Notes: generated from the letters alone by a model not told the origin. DNA of 64,000 bases from Minisyncoccota bacterium (GCA_041663045.1 JBAZRH010000001.1:148403-212402); one strand, 5' to 3'; numbered from the stretch's first letter, positions 10,048 to 20,766 are shown. Numbers and translations are program-made.

Positions 10048-11256
10048 CTAGCGGATTATCCCTCCTCCGAGACACACTTCCCCATCATAAATCACGGCAG
10101 ATTGCCCCGGCGTAATAGCTTTTTGGGGATTGGTAAAATACAATTCAAAACCTTCACCACTCTTGACTATCCTGCATTCCTCCAACGGCTGCCTGTATCT
10201 TATTCTTGCTGAATATATTTTTGATAAGTCTGGTGCCTTTTCGTAAATCCAATTTACATTTTTTATATGAACAATTTTTGACTCTTTTTCTTTTATCTTA
10301 TTCTTATCTTGGGAAACTAGTATCGTATTTTTTTCAATATTTTTATCTACTATATAATATGGCGAATCATTTGGAGTTTTCTCTGTAATTTTGAAACCAT
10401 GTCTTTGGCCGATAGTTAGGAAAAAGGCTCCATCATGTTCTCCGATTATCTTCCCCGATTCATTTAAGACTTCCCCACTCTTTTCTTTTATATAATTTTT
10501 CAAAAATTCTTTTATATCTATTTCGCCCAAGAAACACACACCCTGACTATCTTTTTTGTCTGAAGTTGAAAGCCCTAGCCTTTTCGCAATTTCTCTTACT
10601 TCCGGCTTTTCAATATCTCCAACAGGAAAAAGTGTCTTGGAAAGCTGTTTTTGCGTAAGTGTCCAAAGAAAATACGACTGATCTTTATTCTTATCATTCC
10701 CTGCGAGTAGTAATGTCCTATCAAAGGATTCATCTTTGGAGACTTCGCAGGCCGAGTGGGCAGGGTGTCTGCTTTCTGAAGCAGACGAGCGAGGCCGAGA
10801 CTTGAGGGTGGCTTCCCGCTGGGGAGCCAACCCGTGCTCCAAGGATGAGTCCTTTGGTAGGACATATTTAGTTTTTGCATAATGCCCTGTCGCCACAAAA
10901 TCCGTCCCTTGCTCCATAGCCCAATCAAAGAAAGCACCAAATTTTACATATTTATTGCACATTACATCCGGGTTTGGCGTCCTACCGGTTTTGTATTCAG
11001 CTATCATATAGTCGGCCACATCTCTTTTATATTCTTTTTCAAGATCAAGCGTGACAAAAGGAATATCAAGTTTTGCACAAACTCTCATGGCATCAAGTCT
11101 ATCTTCTCGCCAAGTACATTCTACAAAATCCGGATGCCATGTCTTTATAAAGACTCCCGTGACATCATATCCTGCTTTTTTGAGTAGCCCGGCAGAGACA
11201 GAAGAATCTACACCTCCAGATATTCCCACATATACTTTTTTAATATCTCTTTTCAC
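10048..11256 (-). CDS. mnmA: tRNA 2-thiouridylase MnmA (with internal in-frame insertion)
   Basis: SGGVDSS, TPNPDVMCN, ATGHYA, KDQSYFL, DSQGVCF, TPGQSAV. Confidence 0.97.
   Translation of the reverse strand: MKRDIKKVYVGISGGVDSSVSAGLLKKAGYDVTGVFIKTWHPDFVECTWREDRLDAMRVCAKLDIPFVTLDLEKEYKRDVADYMIAEYKTGRTPNPDVMCNKYVKFGAFFDWAMEQGTDFVATGHYAKTKYVLPKDSSLEHGLAPQREATLKSRPRSSASESRHPAHSACEVSKDESFDRTLLLAGNDKNKDQSYFLWTLTQKQLSKTLFPVGDIEKPEVREIAKRLGLSTSDKKDSQGVCFLGEIDIKEFLKNYIKEKSGEVLNESGKIIGEHDGAFFLTIGQRHGFKITEKTPNDSPYYIVDKNIEKNTILVSQDKNKIKEKESKIVHIKNVNWIYEKAPDLSKIYSARIRYRQPLEECRIVKSGEGFELYFTNPQKAITPGQSAVIYDGEVCLGGGIIR
10713..10865. repeat. 153-bp in-frame palindromic insertion in mnmA
   Basis: 29-bp terminal inverted repeats 10713-10741/10837-10865 (3 mismatches), two inner GC-rich hairpins, length equals 51 codons. 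Confidence 0.8.
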
Positions 11257-12002
11257 TATGTAAGTTTTATCACAACAGCTGTTCTTTCCGTTCCGTAATC
11301 ATTCTGATTTTGTTTGCTTAATATATCATCTATTCTCTCAAATTCACTTTGCATTTCGCCCATATTACTCTTTTTAAAGATATTTATGAAAGCTTCATTA
11401 TTAAAATGCTTTTCATAACCATCAGTAAACAGTATCAATAAGTCATCCTTTTTATATTCCATTTCGTATACTTGAACAAATTCAGTTAAATCATCGAGCA
11501 AACCCATGTAATTATATTTTTTATTCGGTTCATTTATTTGTCGCCAACTATGAAATTCTGGTGTCTTAAAAACGATTTCTTTATTTCTAATTAAGGCGAA
11601 TCCCGAGTCTATGAAGCGCCCACCGATTATCGTATTTCTTTTTTTAACAACCACAGCAGCAGTAGTACCGAATTCATGTTTGACAGAGTTCCCTCTATAA
11701 TATTTCTTGATATTGTCTAGGGCAAAATTAAAAGTCGAAATTATATCTGTACTAGAAATATTTGGGTAGGCTTTTTCGAGATATTTAATTGATTTATCAC
11801 AAAATATATTAGCTACAATTCTAGGTGGTGTCGGAGCTGTTTTGTCTTCGTAATCTGGTTTACCATCTTTGGTCATGGTTATTCCATCTGCGATAGAATA
11901 GATAGGAAATTTATTACTCAATAAATAAGCATCCTCTGCTCTCCAACATAGTTCGTCAGATATATGAGTGACACAAAAATAATTATTATTCTGGCTTGTC
12001 AT
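11256..12002 (-). CDS. PP2C/PPM-like phosphatase
   Basis: AEDA, SIADG, GTTA, DSG and LFTDG motifs; overlaps both ychF and mnmA. Confidence 0.7.
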   Translation of the reverse strand: MTSQNNNYFCVTHISDELCWRAEDAYLLSNKFPIYSIADGITMTKDGKPDYEDKTAPTPPRIVANIFCDKSIKYLEKAYPNISSTDIISTFNFALDNIKKYYRGNSVKHEFGTTAAVVVKKRNTIIGGRFIDSGFALIRNKEIVFKTPEFHSWRQINEPNKKYNYMGLLDDLTEFVQVYEMEYKKDDLLILFTDGYEKHFNNEAFINIFKKSNMGEMQSEFERIDDILSKQNQNDYGTERTAVVIKLT

Positions 12003-13165
12003 ATCTTAAACTCTATGACATCCCCATCTTTTACAATATATTCCTTCCCTTCCGTGCGGATAAGACCTTTTTCACGAGCACTTCCGTGTGAGCCAGCATT
12101 TAGTAAATCTTGCCAGAAAATCACTTCTGCACGGACAAATTTATCTTTGAAATCTTGGTGAATCGCTGTACCGGCAAGGGGTGCCGTCCAGCCCTTTTTG
12201 ATAGTCCAAGCGCGAGTTTCGTCTTCTCCTGTTGTAAAATATGTCAGCAAACCGAGCAAATCATAGCCAGCTTTTATAAGACTATCTATACCATCGTCTT
12301 TTACACCAAGTCCTTCTCTCAATTCTTTTTTATCAGCACCTTCTAGATCTTTGAGTTCTTGTTCAATACCTGCATCTACTATTACATATTTTGAATTTGT
12401 CTCTCTAAAAAACCTCATTAATGCCGTCCAGCGAGGGTCTTCAATCTCACTTGCCCCGAGATCAATTCCTATTGATTTTTCGGGGTCGAGATTTTTCCCC
12501 CCAGCTTTTTTATTCAAAATATACAAAATCGGCTTCATTGTGAGAAGACAAAGTTTTTTGACTTCTACAATTTCCTTTTCACTTGCCCCGTCAAATTGAT
12601 TTTTTATTTGACTGGGGTCAAAGGCTGTACTTGCCAACCTTCCTGCTTCCAAAACAACTTTCAATTTCTCCAATGCACCATTTTCTATTACCGCTTCTTT
12701 ATTTCCCCTTTTTATATCACTTCCGATACTACCGAGCCTTTTCGTGACTGTTTGAAGGTCTGCGAGAATAAGCTCAAGATTTATCGTCTCAATATCCGAA
12801 AGTGGTTCTATTTTATTTGCAACATGGATAATATTGTCATCTTCGAAAATACGCACGACTTCAGCGATAGCATCCGTCTCGCGAATGTTTGTAAGAAATT
12901 TATTGCCAAGCCCTTCACCCGCCGAAGCGCCTTTTACAAGCCCTGCAATATCTACAAACTCAACTGCAGCAGGAATTGTCTTTGCTGATTTTGAGAAAGT
13001 AGAGAGCTTGCCGAGCCTTTCATCCGGCACAGCAACAACACCGACAGATGGATCTATCGTACAAAAAGGATAATTTTCACACGCCACCGCCTTTTTTGTC
13101 AGCGCATTGAAAAGTGTACTTTTCCCGACATTTGGCAAACCTACTATTCCTATTGATAATGACAT
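11999..13165 (-). CDS. ychF: Redox-regulated ATPase YchF
   Basis: GIVGLPNVGKSTLFN, NYPFCTIDP, DIAGLVKGAS, TGS domain EGKEYIVKDGD. Confidence 0.97.
   Translation of the reverse strand: MSLSIGIVGLPNVGKSTLFNALTKKAVACENYPFCTIDPSVGVVAVPDERLGKLSTFSKSAKTIPAAVEFVDIAGLVKGASAGEGLGNKFLTNIRETDAIAEVVRIFEDDNIIHVANKIEPLSDIETINLELILADLQTVTKRLGSIGSDIKRGNKEAVIENGALEKLKVVLEAGRLASTAFDPSQIKNQFDGASEKEIVEVKKLCLLTMKPILYILNKKAGGKNLDPEKSIGIDLGASEIEDPRWTALMRFFRETNSKYVIVDAGIEQELKDLEGADKKELREGLGVKDDGIDSLIKAGYDLLGLLTYFTTGEDETRAWTIKKGWTAPLAGTAIHQDFKDKFVRAEVIFWQDLLNAGSHGSAREKGLIRTEGKEYIVKDGDVIEFKI
12447..12621. repeat. Two 43-bp in-frame hairpin elements in ychF (12447-12489, 12579-12621)
   Basis: Both begin TCACTTGCCCCG and end GGGGTCRA with different self-complementary cores; they encode LDP...GASE and FDP...GASE. 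Confidence 0.7.
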
Positions 13166-13171
13166 ATTTAT

Positions 13172-14194
13172 TTATTTATTAATTATTCTTACGATTCCTT
13201 TATCCGCATCGACTTCTATTAAATCACCGTCTTTAAAAACTTGTGTGGCGATTTTGGTACCTATTATACAAGGTTTCTTTAATTCGCGAGCCACTATTGC
13301 CGCATGGCAAGTAATGCCACCCTCATCTGTGACAAAGCCGGCAGCCTTGAGCATGGCCGGAAGAAAATCTGGAGTAGTCATTGGTGATACAATAATTTCA
13401 TCTTTTTGAATATCTTTTACTTGGTCTCTACGTCGAAGGATTCTGACCTTACCCTGCACTATACCCTTAAAAGCGACTTGACCTTTTACATGCTTAATAT
13501 TTTCTGTTATACGTTCAATATTTAATTTACATTGTTTATACTTTTTTGAAAATTCTTCTTGGCTACCGACGAAAAGAATGTCCCCATCAATTAGTGAAGA
13601 GTTATTCATACGTTTAATAAGCTCGTCTTCAGATGGTAAAGATTCAATCTCTTCAGATAGAATAACGTTTGTATATTTAGCTATTTTGGGGAATAGTTCA
13701 CGAATCGTATTACCTATATAGATATCGTTAGACGCAAAGAAAGTGTCATCTTTCCTTATGTCTAGGATCTCATCTGTAATACGTTTTGGCGTTTTCTCAT
13801 TTGTCACGGTGTAGTACCACAAATTAAAATTGAACATTAATTCTTGTAAGAGAATCAGATATTCCCTAAACTCCTTTATGTCTTTTGCCGATTTATTTTG
13901 CCAATATTCTTTTATAATCGATAATTGGGCTCGATATTCATTAAGAGACGTCTTTAGAAGATCAGGATTACCTAGATTCTGCTCAAGTAGTTTATCCTTA
14001 AGCCACTGTGTCGCAAACTGATTATCCCAAACCTCTACTACACCATCAATCATGTGGTGAATAATTATTGGTAAGAATGGATTCTGCCAGCCAAGTTTTT
14101 CTTTGATTCCTCTCGAGAGTTGTTGTGCCCAAATCTGTTGAATAAGGATCGTTGTATCTCTAGTGTAGCTTTTTTCAAATATATATTTATTCAT
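13172..14194 (-). CDS. PEP-utiliser phospho-His (swivel) domain protein, variable N-terminus (module 1)
   Basis: C-terminal [16 protein letters not shown]...VDADKG. Confidence 0.9.
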   Translation of the reverse strand: MNKYIFEKSYTRDTTILIQQIWAQQLSRGIKEKLGWQNPFLPIIIHHMIDGVVEVWDNQFATQWLKDKLLEQNLGNPDLLKTSLNEYRAQLSIIKEYWQNKSAKDIKEFREYLILLQELMFNFNLWYYTVTNEKTPKRITDEILDIRKDDTFFASNDIYIGNTIRELFPKIAKYTNVILSEEIESLPSEDELIKRMNNSSLIDGDILFVGSQEEFSKKYKQCKLNIERITENIKHVKGQVAFKGIVQGKVRILRRRDQVKDIQKDEIIVSPMTTPDFLPAMLKAAGFVTDEGGITCHAAIVARELKKPCIIGTKIATQVFKDGDLIEVDADKGIVRIINK

Positions 14195-14197
14195 ATA

Positions 14198-15532
14198 CTA
14201 TTTTATAATCTTAACCACCCCCTTATCCGCATCGACTTCTATTAAATCACCGTCCTCAAATATACTTGTAGCATGTTTTGTACCGACAATACAAGGTCTT
14301 TTCAACTCTCTAGATATAATAGCCGCGTGAGATGTTAGACCTCCTTCGTCTGTCACTATTGCAGAAGCGAGGCTCATTATTGGTAAAAATTCTGGGCGAG
14401 TACTTGTTGTTATAAGAATTTCCCCCTTTTGAAATTTTCCGAATTGGTGTTCTTTCAATACAATTTTTGCGATGCCTTGCACGACACCCTTACAGGCGAC
14501 TGTGCCTTTCGCGATTTTATTTTTGTCTTTTGACGTCATCCCTTCTATCACTTCCAGGGCGTTATCTTCTGTAAGTAATTTGGGAGGATTGTACTGTGGC
14601 GATATTAGAAAGACACTTTGTCTCTTACGTTTCAAGATAAAATCATTATCTTTTTTAAGTAATTCAATTTCCTCTGGTCTTGCCCAAATAAGATCATTGT
14701 AAGAGACCCCCTCTGTTTTTGATGCTTCGTGTATTATCGTGCTATAACAAACACTCATCATTTGCATATATACTTTCCTCTCTTCTCTCCACAGAGTGAA
14801 AATCTGAAGAAGATGAATAAGATTTTGCGTTTTTTCACTGAGTTTTGGGAGAAGCATTTGTTGTTCAGCTTCTCTCTTCAAATAATCTGTTGGAACCGGT
14901 TTAGGTAAGAAGTCTGCCCCTAGCATCTTTTCTGTAAGAACTTCTCCGCCAATCCAACTTCCTTTATAGTACCAATATTTTTTGATATATTCTTGTTTCG
15001 TCATCTTCCCTTGAAGAACTAATTCAAAATCAATCGCCGCTTTCTGTGTCCTAGTCGGCTCTATCGTCGCAATCAACCCATGAATATGCTCTTTATCTAT
15101 CCCAACTTTTTCTAACTCTTCGGAGATTTGCTTATCGATTTCTTCAGCGAAAGGATCTAGAGATTCAACAAAGTAAGACTCCATCCAAAACTCTGCAGCA
15201 AGGGTATCTACTTCTTTCCACATCTCTTTCCAGTCTTTTATTGGCTTATTTGTAATATTAAATAAATAATTCTCTTTTTTCTGCCATTTCTCTTTCCAAG
15301 ATATGAATCTTTTTGTTACAAATTCTTTTGAAACGCTTACCCAATATTTCATAAGTCCTTCGCTTGCACGCTTTTCAATAAACCATCTAGAAACCCCATT
15401 ATTGTTTATGACGACGAGTAATGCTTTTGTAACGAGGATTACTCCTATGGAGCAGGAATAATAAAACAATGGTGCTGATTCAGCCGATCCTGTTAGGAAA
15501 AAGTCTTCTTTTTTAAATTTCCATCTATCCAT
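14198..15532 (-). CDS. PEP-utiliser His-swivel domain protein (module 2)
   Basis: TDEGGLTSHAAIISRE; WREERK in the helical domain. Confidence 0.9.
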   Translation of the reverse strand: MDRWKFKKEDFFLTGSAESAPLFYYSCSIGVILVTKALLVVINNNGVSRWFIEKRASEGLMKYWVSVSKEFVTKRFISWKEKWQKKENYLFNITNKPIKDWKEMWKEVDTLAAEFWMESYFVESLDPFAEEIDKQISEELEKVGIDKEHIHGLIATIEPTRTQKAAIDFELVLQGKMTKQEYIKKYWYYKGSWIGGEVLTEKMLGADFLPKPVPTDYLKREAEQQMLLPKLSEKTQNLIHLLQIFTLWREERKVYMQMMSVCYSTIIHEASKTEGVSYNDLIWARPEEIELLKKDNDFILKRKRQSVFLISPQYNPPKLLTEDNALEVIEGMTSKDKNKIAKGTVACKGVVQGIAKIVLKEHQFGKFQKGEILITTSTRPEFLPIMSLASAIVTDEGGLTSHAAIISRELKRPCIVGTKHATSIFEDGDLIEVDADKGVVKIIK

Positions 15533-15547
15533 ATTTATTTCGTTATA

Positions 15548-17113
15548 TTAATCTTTTATTATCCTTACGATTCCCTTATCTGCATCCACTTCCACCAAAT
15601 CCCCGTCTTTTAGCACCTTTGTGGCAATCTTTGTGCCTATTATACAAGGAATACCTAGCTCTCTTGAAACAATCGCGGCGTGGCAACTAATACCTCCCTC
15701 ATCCGTGATTATAGCGCCAGCAATTTTCATTGCAGGAACATAGTTTGGCATAGTCATACTCGTCACAAGTATTTCCCCAGCTTCTAATTTACCTATCTCA
15801 TTTGCAGAATGTAATACTTTCACAATACCTTTAACAAGTCCTTTGCATGCAATATTTCCCTTAAATGTATCGACTCTTTCTGTCTTTTTTTCAATTATCT
15901 CTTTTATTTTTTCACCGATTGCTATATCTAATTCGTATATTGTGTCTTTAGTATATATGACAGCATACCCGCCACTTCTTTCAAGGATCTTGTTTAGATT
16001 GATCTTTTCTCCAAGCAAGAAATCTGTGATTTCCCAGAAATTGAATAGGCAGATTTTCTTATGATTATCTAGTCCAGCCCTTTTTCCTATTTCATAAAAT
16101 AGATTTTGAACTTTATAGCACACCTCTTCTAGTTTCTCTACTCTTAGTAAACGAATGTGCGCCAAATCAGATGCCTGATGTGCATAAGTAATAACAACTT
16201 TATTTAATCCAGCCTCTTTTATTATTTGTTTTTTTGCTTTAATAAGTCTTTTCTTTGCTTCTTCAATCTCATTTAGTTTTTTCTGTGGATTTTCTCCGAG
16301 TACCTTTTTTAGGTTATTAATAAAATCAGCAAAGCTCTCATAATTAAATCTAAGTTCGGCGTCTGGAATCCAGGCATATTTTTCATAAACATTTTTGATT
16401 ATCTTTATCTGATTGTCTTTAACACCGCTTAAATTTTCATTTAGTGATTGTACATCTACAAAAGTCGATATTTTTATTGCAAGTTTTATCAAAGATTCCT
16501 CTTTTTCTTGAATAGTTGAAATAGTTTCTGAAGAAGTTAAAAGACGTAAGCTTTCCTGTAGCTCTTCATAATTATTGATTGGATTATATACTTTTGATAG
16601 TTCCTCAGTAATTATTCTTATTAGTCCATCTTCTGCTAAAAGCGGTGGCCATAGGTAGACCAATACATTAAATGAGAAATTAAGATATTTTTCATAATAT
16701 TTAAGTAATTTCTTGTCACACATAACAGAAAAATCTATTTTACTTGTTTTATCTGCCCATGTATCAAATAATTTACATTCTTTATATAACCCTGAAAATA
16801 GTTTATCTAAATACCGATAATCTTCTCTGCACTTCTTTTCAAATAGTACTTTGATTTTATCGGCGTTTTCTTCCTGGGAGTATACGTCGTAGTTTAGAGT
16901 CATTATCTTATCCATTTTATTTTTCAGACCAAAATCTTCCCTATCTGAAACACATCCAACACGGATGAGAGAGTCAAAAAGAGGAGAGTTTAACCTCTTT
17001 AAAACTTTGAACCACTTTTCAGAAGCCAGAGTACCAATTTCTTGTCCAGAGATCGTATTAGTTAAGGTTTTATAATCACCTTCTGATATTTTTATCTTTC
17101 TCGTATTTTTCAT
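15548..17113 (-). CDS. PEP-utiliser His-swivel domain protein (module 3)
   Basis: [16 protein letters not shown]. Confidence 0.9.
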   Translation of the reverse strand: MKNTRKIKISEGDYKTLTNTISGQEIGTLASEKWFKVLKRLNSPLFDSLIRVGCVSDREDFGLKNKMDKIMTLNYDVYSQEENADKIKVLFEKKCREDYRYLDKLFSGLYKECKLFDTWADKTSKIDFSVMCDKKLLKYYEKYLNFSFNVLVYLWPPLLAEDGLIRIITEELSKVYNPINNYEELQESLRLLTSSETISTIQEKEESLIKLAIKISTFVDVQSLNENLSGVKDNQIKIIKNVYEKYAWIPDAELRFNYESFADFINNLKKVLGENPQKKLNEIEEAKKRLIKAKKQIIKEAGLNKVVITYAHQASDLAHIRLLRVEKLEEVCYKVQNLFYEIGKRAGLDNHKKICLFNFWEITDFLLGEKINLNKILERSGGYAVIYTKDTIYELDIAIGEKIKEIIEKKTERVDTFKGNIACKGLVKGIVKVLHSANEIGKLEAGEILVTSMTMPNYVPAMKIAGAIITDEGGISCHAAIVSRELGIPCIIGTKIATKVLKDGDLVEVDADKGIVRIIKD

Positions 17114-20100
17114 TTTTTCTTATTTAATAATCTTACCACCCCCTTATCTGCATCCACTTCCACTAAATCTCCATCTTTAAGCACCTGCATAGAGTGTAAA
17201 CAACCGACAATACAAGGGATTTTTAATTCTCTGCTTATTATAGCCGCGTGAGATGTTATACCGCCTTCGTCAGCAATGATGGCAGCCGCTTTTCTCGCTA
17301 TTGCCATCATATTTGGCTGGGTCATACTTGTCACGAGAATTTCACCTTCTTTAAAGTCCTTTATACTTTTTTGTAGCATATCCAAATCTCCAGCTATAAC
17401 CTTCCTGACTTTTCCCGTCGCCTTTCCCAACATAGCAATTTGACCCTTTATTGTATTATCAATATTGATAATTTTCTTAATTTTTTCTTTAAAAAGATTA
17501 TTTGCTTCATCTGCTCCAACAACTCTAAGTTTATTATCACTTATTATAATTGCATAGGATTCTTTTCTGTCTACGATTATTGATTTTATATTTCCACGAT
17601 GTGTTCCATTTAACAATTCAATTGTCTCTGGTGGGGTAACAAAATCTAGCATATCAGATAGAGAGATATTAATTCTCTTTGATACCTCATTTAATAAATG
17701 CCTAGATAAATAATACGATCCTGCCCAATATGATTTTATATTCATCCTCTCGATTGATTGGTATTGTAAAAAGTCGGATAAATATTTTACTTCGTCACTT
17801 TCTGATCCAATTTTTCTGTAAATATTCTCCTGTCCTCTTCTGAGCTTCTCCTTATCTTCTTTTAATTTAGAATATTCTAGTCTATACGTATTTTTTTCAG
17901 ATTTTTTTCTATTCTCAAGAAACTTGAGAGTCCTTTTATCGTCGTATTGGCCGAAGACAAGCCAAGGATACTTTGATAGATGTTTTAGTAAAATCGAGTC
18001 ATCGTGTTTTTTTGATAAAATACTTAGCCAATCTAAATATTCTCTTTGTATATCATCAAGAGAAAGCGGAGTTGATAATATACCAAAAACTCTCGGCCAA
18101 TCATTATTAAAATATTTTCTAATAATCTCTTCTAATCTCTGCTCGGCTTTATAAGTAAATTCTGTCCTAGTGCTTCCAAAATATGCTATCGAATCTTTAG
18201 CGTGATCAATAAAAGAATTATAATCTTTAATTATTTGCCCATTTGTATATCTCGAAAAATCTACCGATTCGATTTTTCTCACCCAATTCCACCATTTCTT
18301 TGCTGCTACCCTATACTTAGATTTGTATTTATTGAAATATTTCTCGTCTAGGTATTTTTCTCCAATTTCTTTGAATTTATCTAGCTGTTTTTTAGGCATA
18401 TAAGTTGTGATCACCGATCCATCAAAATAACAGAATATTTCACCCTCTCCATATATATCCCCGTGAGTTATCAAGGCCTCTGAAGTAGTCCATGATGCTG
18501 GCATTATAGGAGTCGTACTCCACATAAAGACCCATTCATCGTTATTTTTTTCTGATATTCCAACCTCTTTTTTAAGTATCTTTATTACTCCCTTATCCGC
18601 ATCGACTTCCACCAGATCTCCATCTTTGAAAACTTGCGTGGCGATTTTGGTACCGACAATACATGGGATTTTTAATTCCCTGGAAATAATTGCCGCGTGG
18701 CAAGTTAAACCCCCTTCATCTGTAACAATAGCTGCGGCATTTTTTAAATAAGGGACAATTTGAGGGTTGGTCATACCAGAAACTAATATTGTACCGGGAG
18801 GAATATCGGCTCCATTCATAAGACTAAGATGTATTTTGACTGGACCTATCGCTTTTCCATGAAAAGCGATATTTCCTTTTACTTCAGCAACGTTTTGGGG
18901 TTCCAAGATTTTTTTCCAGGACAAATATTCGTTACCAGTTAAAAGATCGTTGCTTACCTTTCTGTATGGTAACAATGCCAAACCATTCATCCTCTCATTA
19001 AGCTCGTCCTTGTTTGGCACTCTTTGTCCATACAAGATCTCTTCTATTTCACAACTTCTAAGCGAGAAAGCTTGATTTAACGTAATGTGATGTTTATCAG
19101 CTAATCCCTGCATAAAATCAGTGAGGATCTCAAATAACGGACCAAGAGAGTTGTGTATTTTGAATTTCAATTCACCGAGTTTTATTAATCTGTTCAAAAT
19201 AGATTTTTGTTGTTTATTGAATTTTAATTTCGTAGCATAAGTTGAATCGTGTAATGCTTTTATTAAATTACTTTCTGTTTTAGCTGCTTTTATTATAATG
19301 TTTTCCAACGCTACCAGAACAGGTTGTTCACAGTATAAATATAGATTGCCTATTTTATCAAATAAATTTTCTATTATTTTCCATCGAGATATTTTATCTT
19401 TATCTGAAACTTTATCTAATTTGGTCTGAAGAGACTCTGGCTTTAACTCTTCGGCCAATTTTTTTAACTCTTTTATTTTTTGATTAGCAAATTTGTCATT
19501 TAAGAGTTTTTCTCCAAGATCAAATGCTTGTCTTTGGCCTTCTTTACTCAGATATCCAGCGATATGATCGTCTTTCTGTAAGACAACATAATCAATTTGG
19601 CCATAATTTTTTGGACGAAAAGCTATATCTGTGAAAATAAAAGGAAAATCTGTTTGACGAAAATGAAGTATATAAGAGTCTCTTTCTTCACTGTTTTTAT
19701 CTTTCAAAATCTTAATCACGCCTTTGTCTGCATCCACCTCGATTTCATCACCATCTTTGATAATTTGAGTGGCAATTTTTGTATCTATAATACATGGCTT
19801 ATGAATTTCTCTCGAGACTATGGCGGCATGACATAATAATCCACCTATATCTGTGATTATGGCAGAAGCCTGTTGCATCAAGATAACAAAATCTGGCGTT
19901 GTCATTGTGGACACTAGAATATCTCCAGCTTTCATTTTATGAAATTCATCTCTATTTATAACAACTCTAGCAATTCCTCGGACTTTTCCAGGATATGCTA
20001 CTACGCCTTTTGTTTCCTTCGCGTCTTTATCGGCATGAGGCAACATCTTGTCTTTTAAGTATTCAATATCTTCTTTATCCTCAATAACAATAGAATTTTC

Positions 20101-20766
20101 TTCCTTGTTGGCAAATAGAAACCAGTTTAAATCTCTCCTCCTTATTCCTCGTTTTTTTAGTTCATCTTTTTCAATTTCTCCTTTTAGTCCGGAAAGTATT
20201 TCAGTTGGAGAAAGCATTGTAAATTGACGATATTCTAGATTCAACTCTTTCGCTACAGCATGAAATAGCGGATATGCTTTGGCTGAAAGCATTGAAAAAT
20301 ATTCCGTAGAAACTTGTTTTACATAACCACAAGCGTGCATACACTCTGCACAAAATTCTAGTTTTTTAGAAACTTTCGGTAAAACCTTTTTTGTATGTAC
20401 CCCAGCATCTTTCGAATGAATTATTTGCTCATAAAGTCTGTCAACGGTTAATAATTCACCCACGAAGTTCAAGACTTCAATCCACTCATATTTTTCTGCA
20501 TGTTCCTCAAGCTTCTTTAATAGTGTTTTATTTTTCTTAACTTCTTTAAGGGTTTTGTTTCCGATTAACTTTTTAAGTTTCAAAACTTCTTGTTGTTGGA
20601 TTGTCAGTGGCGAAATAACCTGAGGTATTAAATCAGGTACAAGATCGGCTGGAAACTTTTCTTTGACGACTATATCCGCTAAAACTTCTTCAGATGCTTC
20701 AACAAGAAAAGTCGCACCCAGAAGCCATATAAAATTTAGCTTTCTAATTTCACCGAAAAGTTCCAA
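17110..20766 (-). CDS. Triple-module protein with three His-swivel domains; frame stays open upstream to 21129 and is probably the C-terminal part of a fusion with the ATP-grasp gene
   Basis: GGLLCH, GGLTCH and GGITSH motifs; weak TTG start; no stop codon in this frame from 20767 to 21129 on manual translation. Confidence 0.88.
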   Translation of the reverse strand: MELFGEIRKLNFIWLLGATFLVEASEEVLADIVVKEKFPADLVPDLIPQVISPLTIQQQEVLKLKKLIGNKTLKEVKKNKTLLKKLEEHAEKYEWIEVLNFVGELLTVDRLYEQIIHSKDAGVHTKKVLPKVSKKLEFCAECMHACGYVKQVSTEYFSMLSAKAYPLFHAVAKELNLEYRQFTMLSPTEILSGLKGEIEKDELKKRGIRRRDLNWFLFANKEENSIVIEDKEDIEYLKDKMLPHADKDAKETKGVVAYPGKVRGIARVVINRDEFHKMKAGDILVSTMTTPDFVILMQQASAIITDIGGLLCHAAIVSREIHKPCIIDTKIATQIIKDGDEIEVDADKGVIKILKDKNSEERDSYILHFRQTDFPFIFTDIAFRPKNYGQIDYVVLQKDDHIAGYLSKEGQRQAFDLGEKLLNDKFANQKIKELKKLAEELKPESLQTKLDKVSDKDKISRWKIIENLFDKIGNLYLYCEQPVLVALENIIIKAAKTESNLIKALHDSTYATKLKFNKQQKSILNRLIKLGELKFKIHNSLGPLFEILTDFMQGLADKHHITLNQAFSLRSCEIEEILYGQRVPNKDELNERMNGLALLPYRKVSNDLLTGNEYLSWKKILEPQNVAEVKGNIAFHGKAIGPVKIHLSLMNGADIPPGTILVSGMTNPQIVPYLKNAAAIVTDEGGLTCHAAIISRELKIPCIVGTKIATQVFKDGDLVEVDADKGVIKILKKEVGISEKNNDEWVFMWSTTPIMPASWTTSEALITHGDIYGEGEIFCYFDGSVITTYMPKKQLDKFKEIGEKYLDEKYFNKYKSKYRVAAKKWWNWVRKIESVDFSRYTNGQIIKDYNSFIDHAKDSIAYFGSTRTEFTYKAEQRLEEIIRKYFNNDWPRVFGILSTPLSLDDIQREYLDWLSILSKKHDDSILLKHLSKYPWLVFGQYDDKRTLKFLENRKKSEKNTYRLEYSKLKEDKEKLRRGQENIYRKIGSESDEVKYLSDFLQYQSIERMNIKSYWAGSYYLSRHLLNEVSKRINISLSDMLDFVTPPETIELLNGTHRGNIKSIIVDRKESYAIIISDNKLRVVGADEANNLFKEKIKKIINIDNTIKGQIAMLGKATGKVRKVIAGDLDMLQKSIKDFKEGEILVTSMTQPNMMAIARKAAAIIADEGGITSHAAIISRELKIPCIVGCLHSMQVLKDGDLVEVDADKGVVRLLNKKK

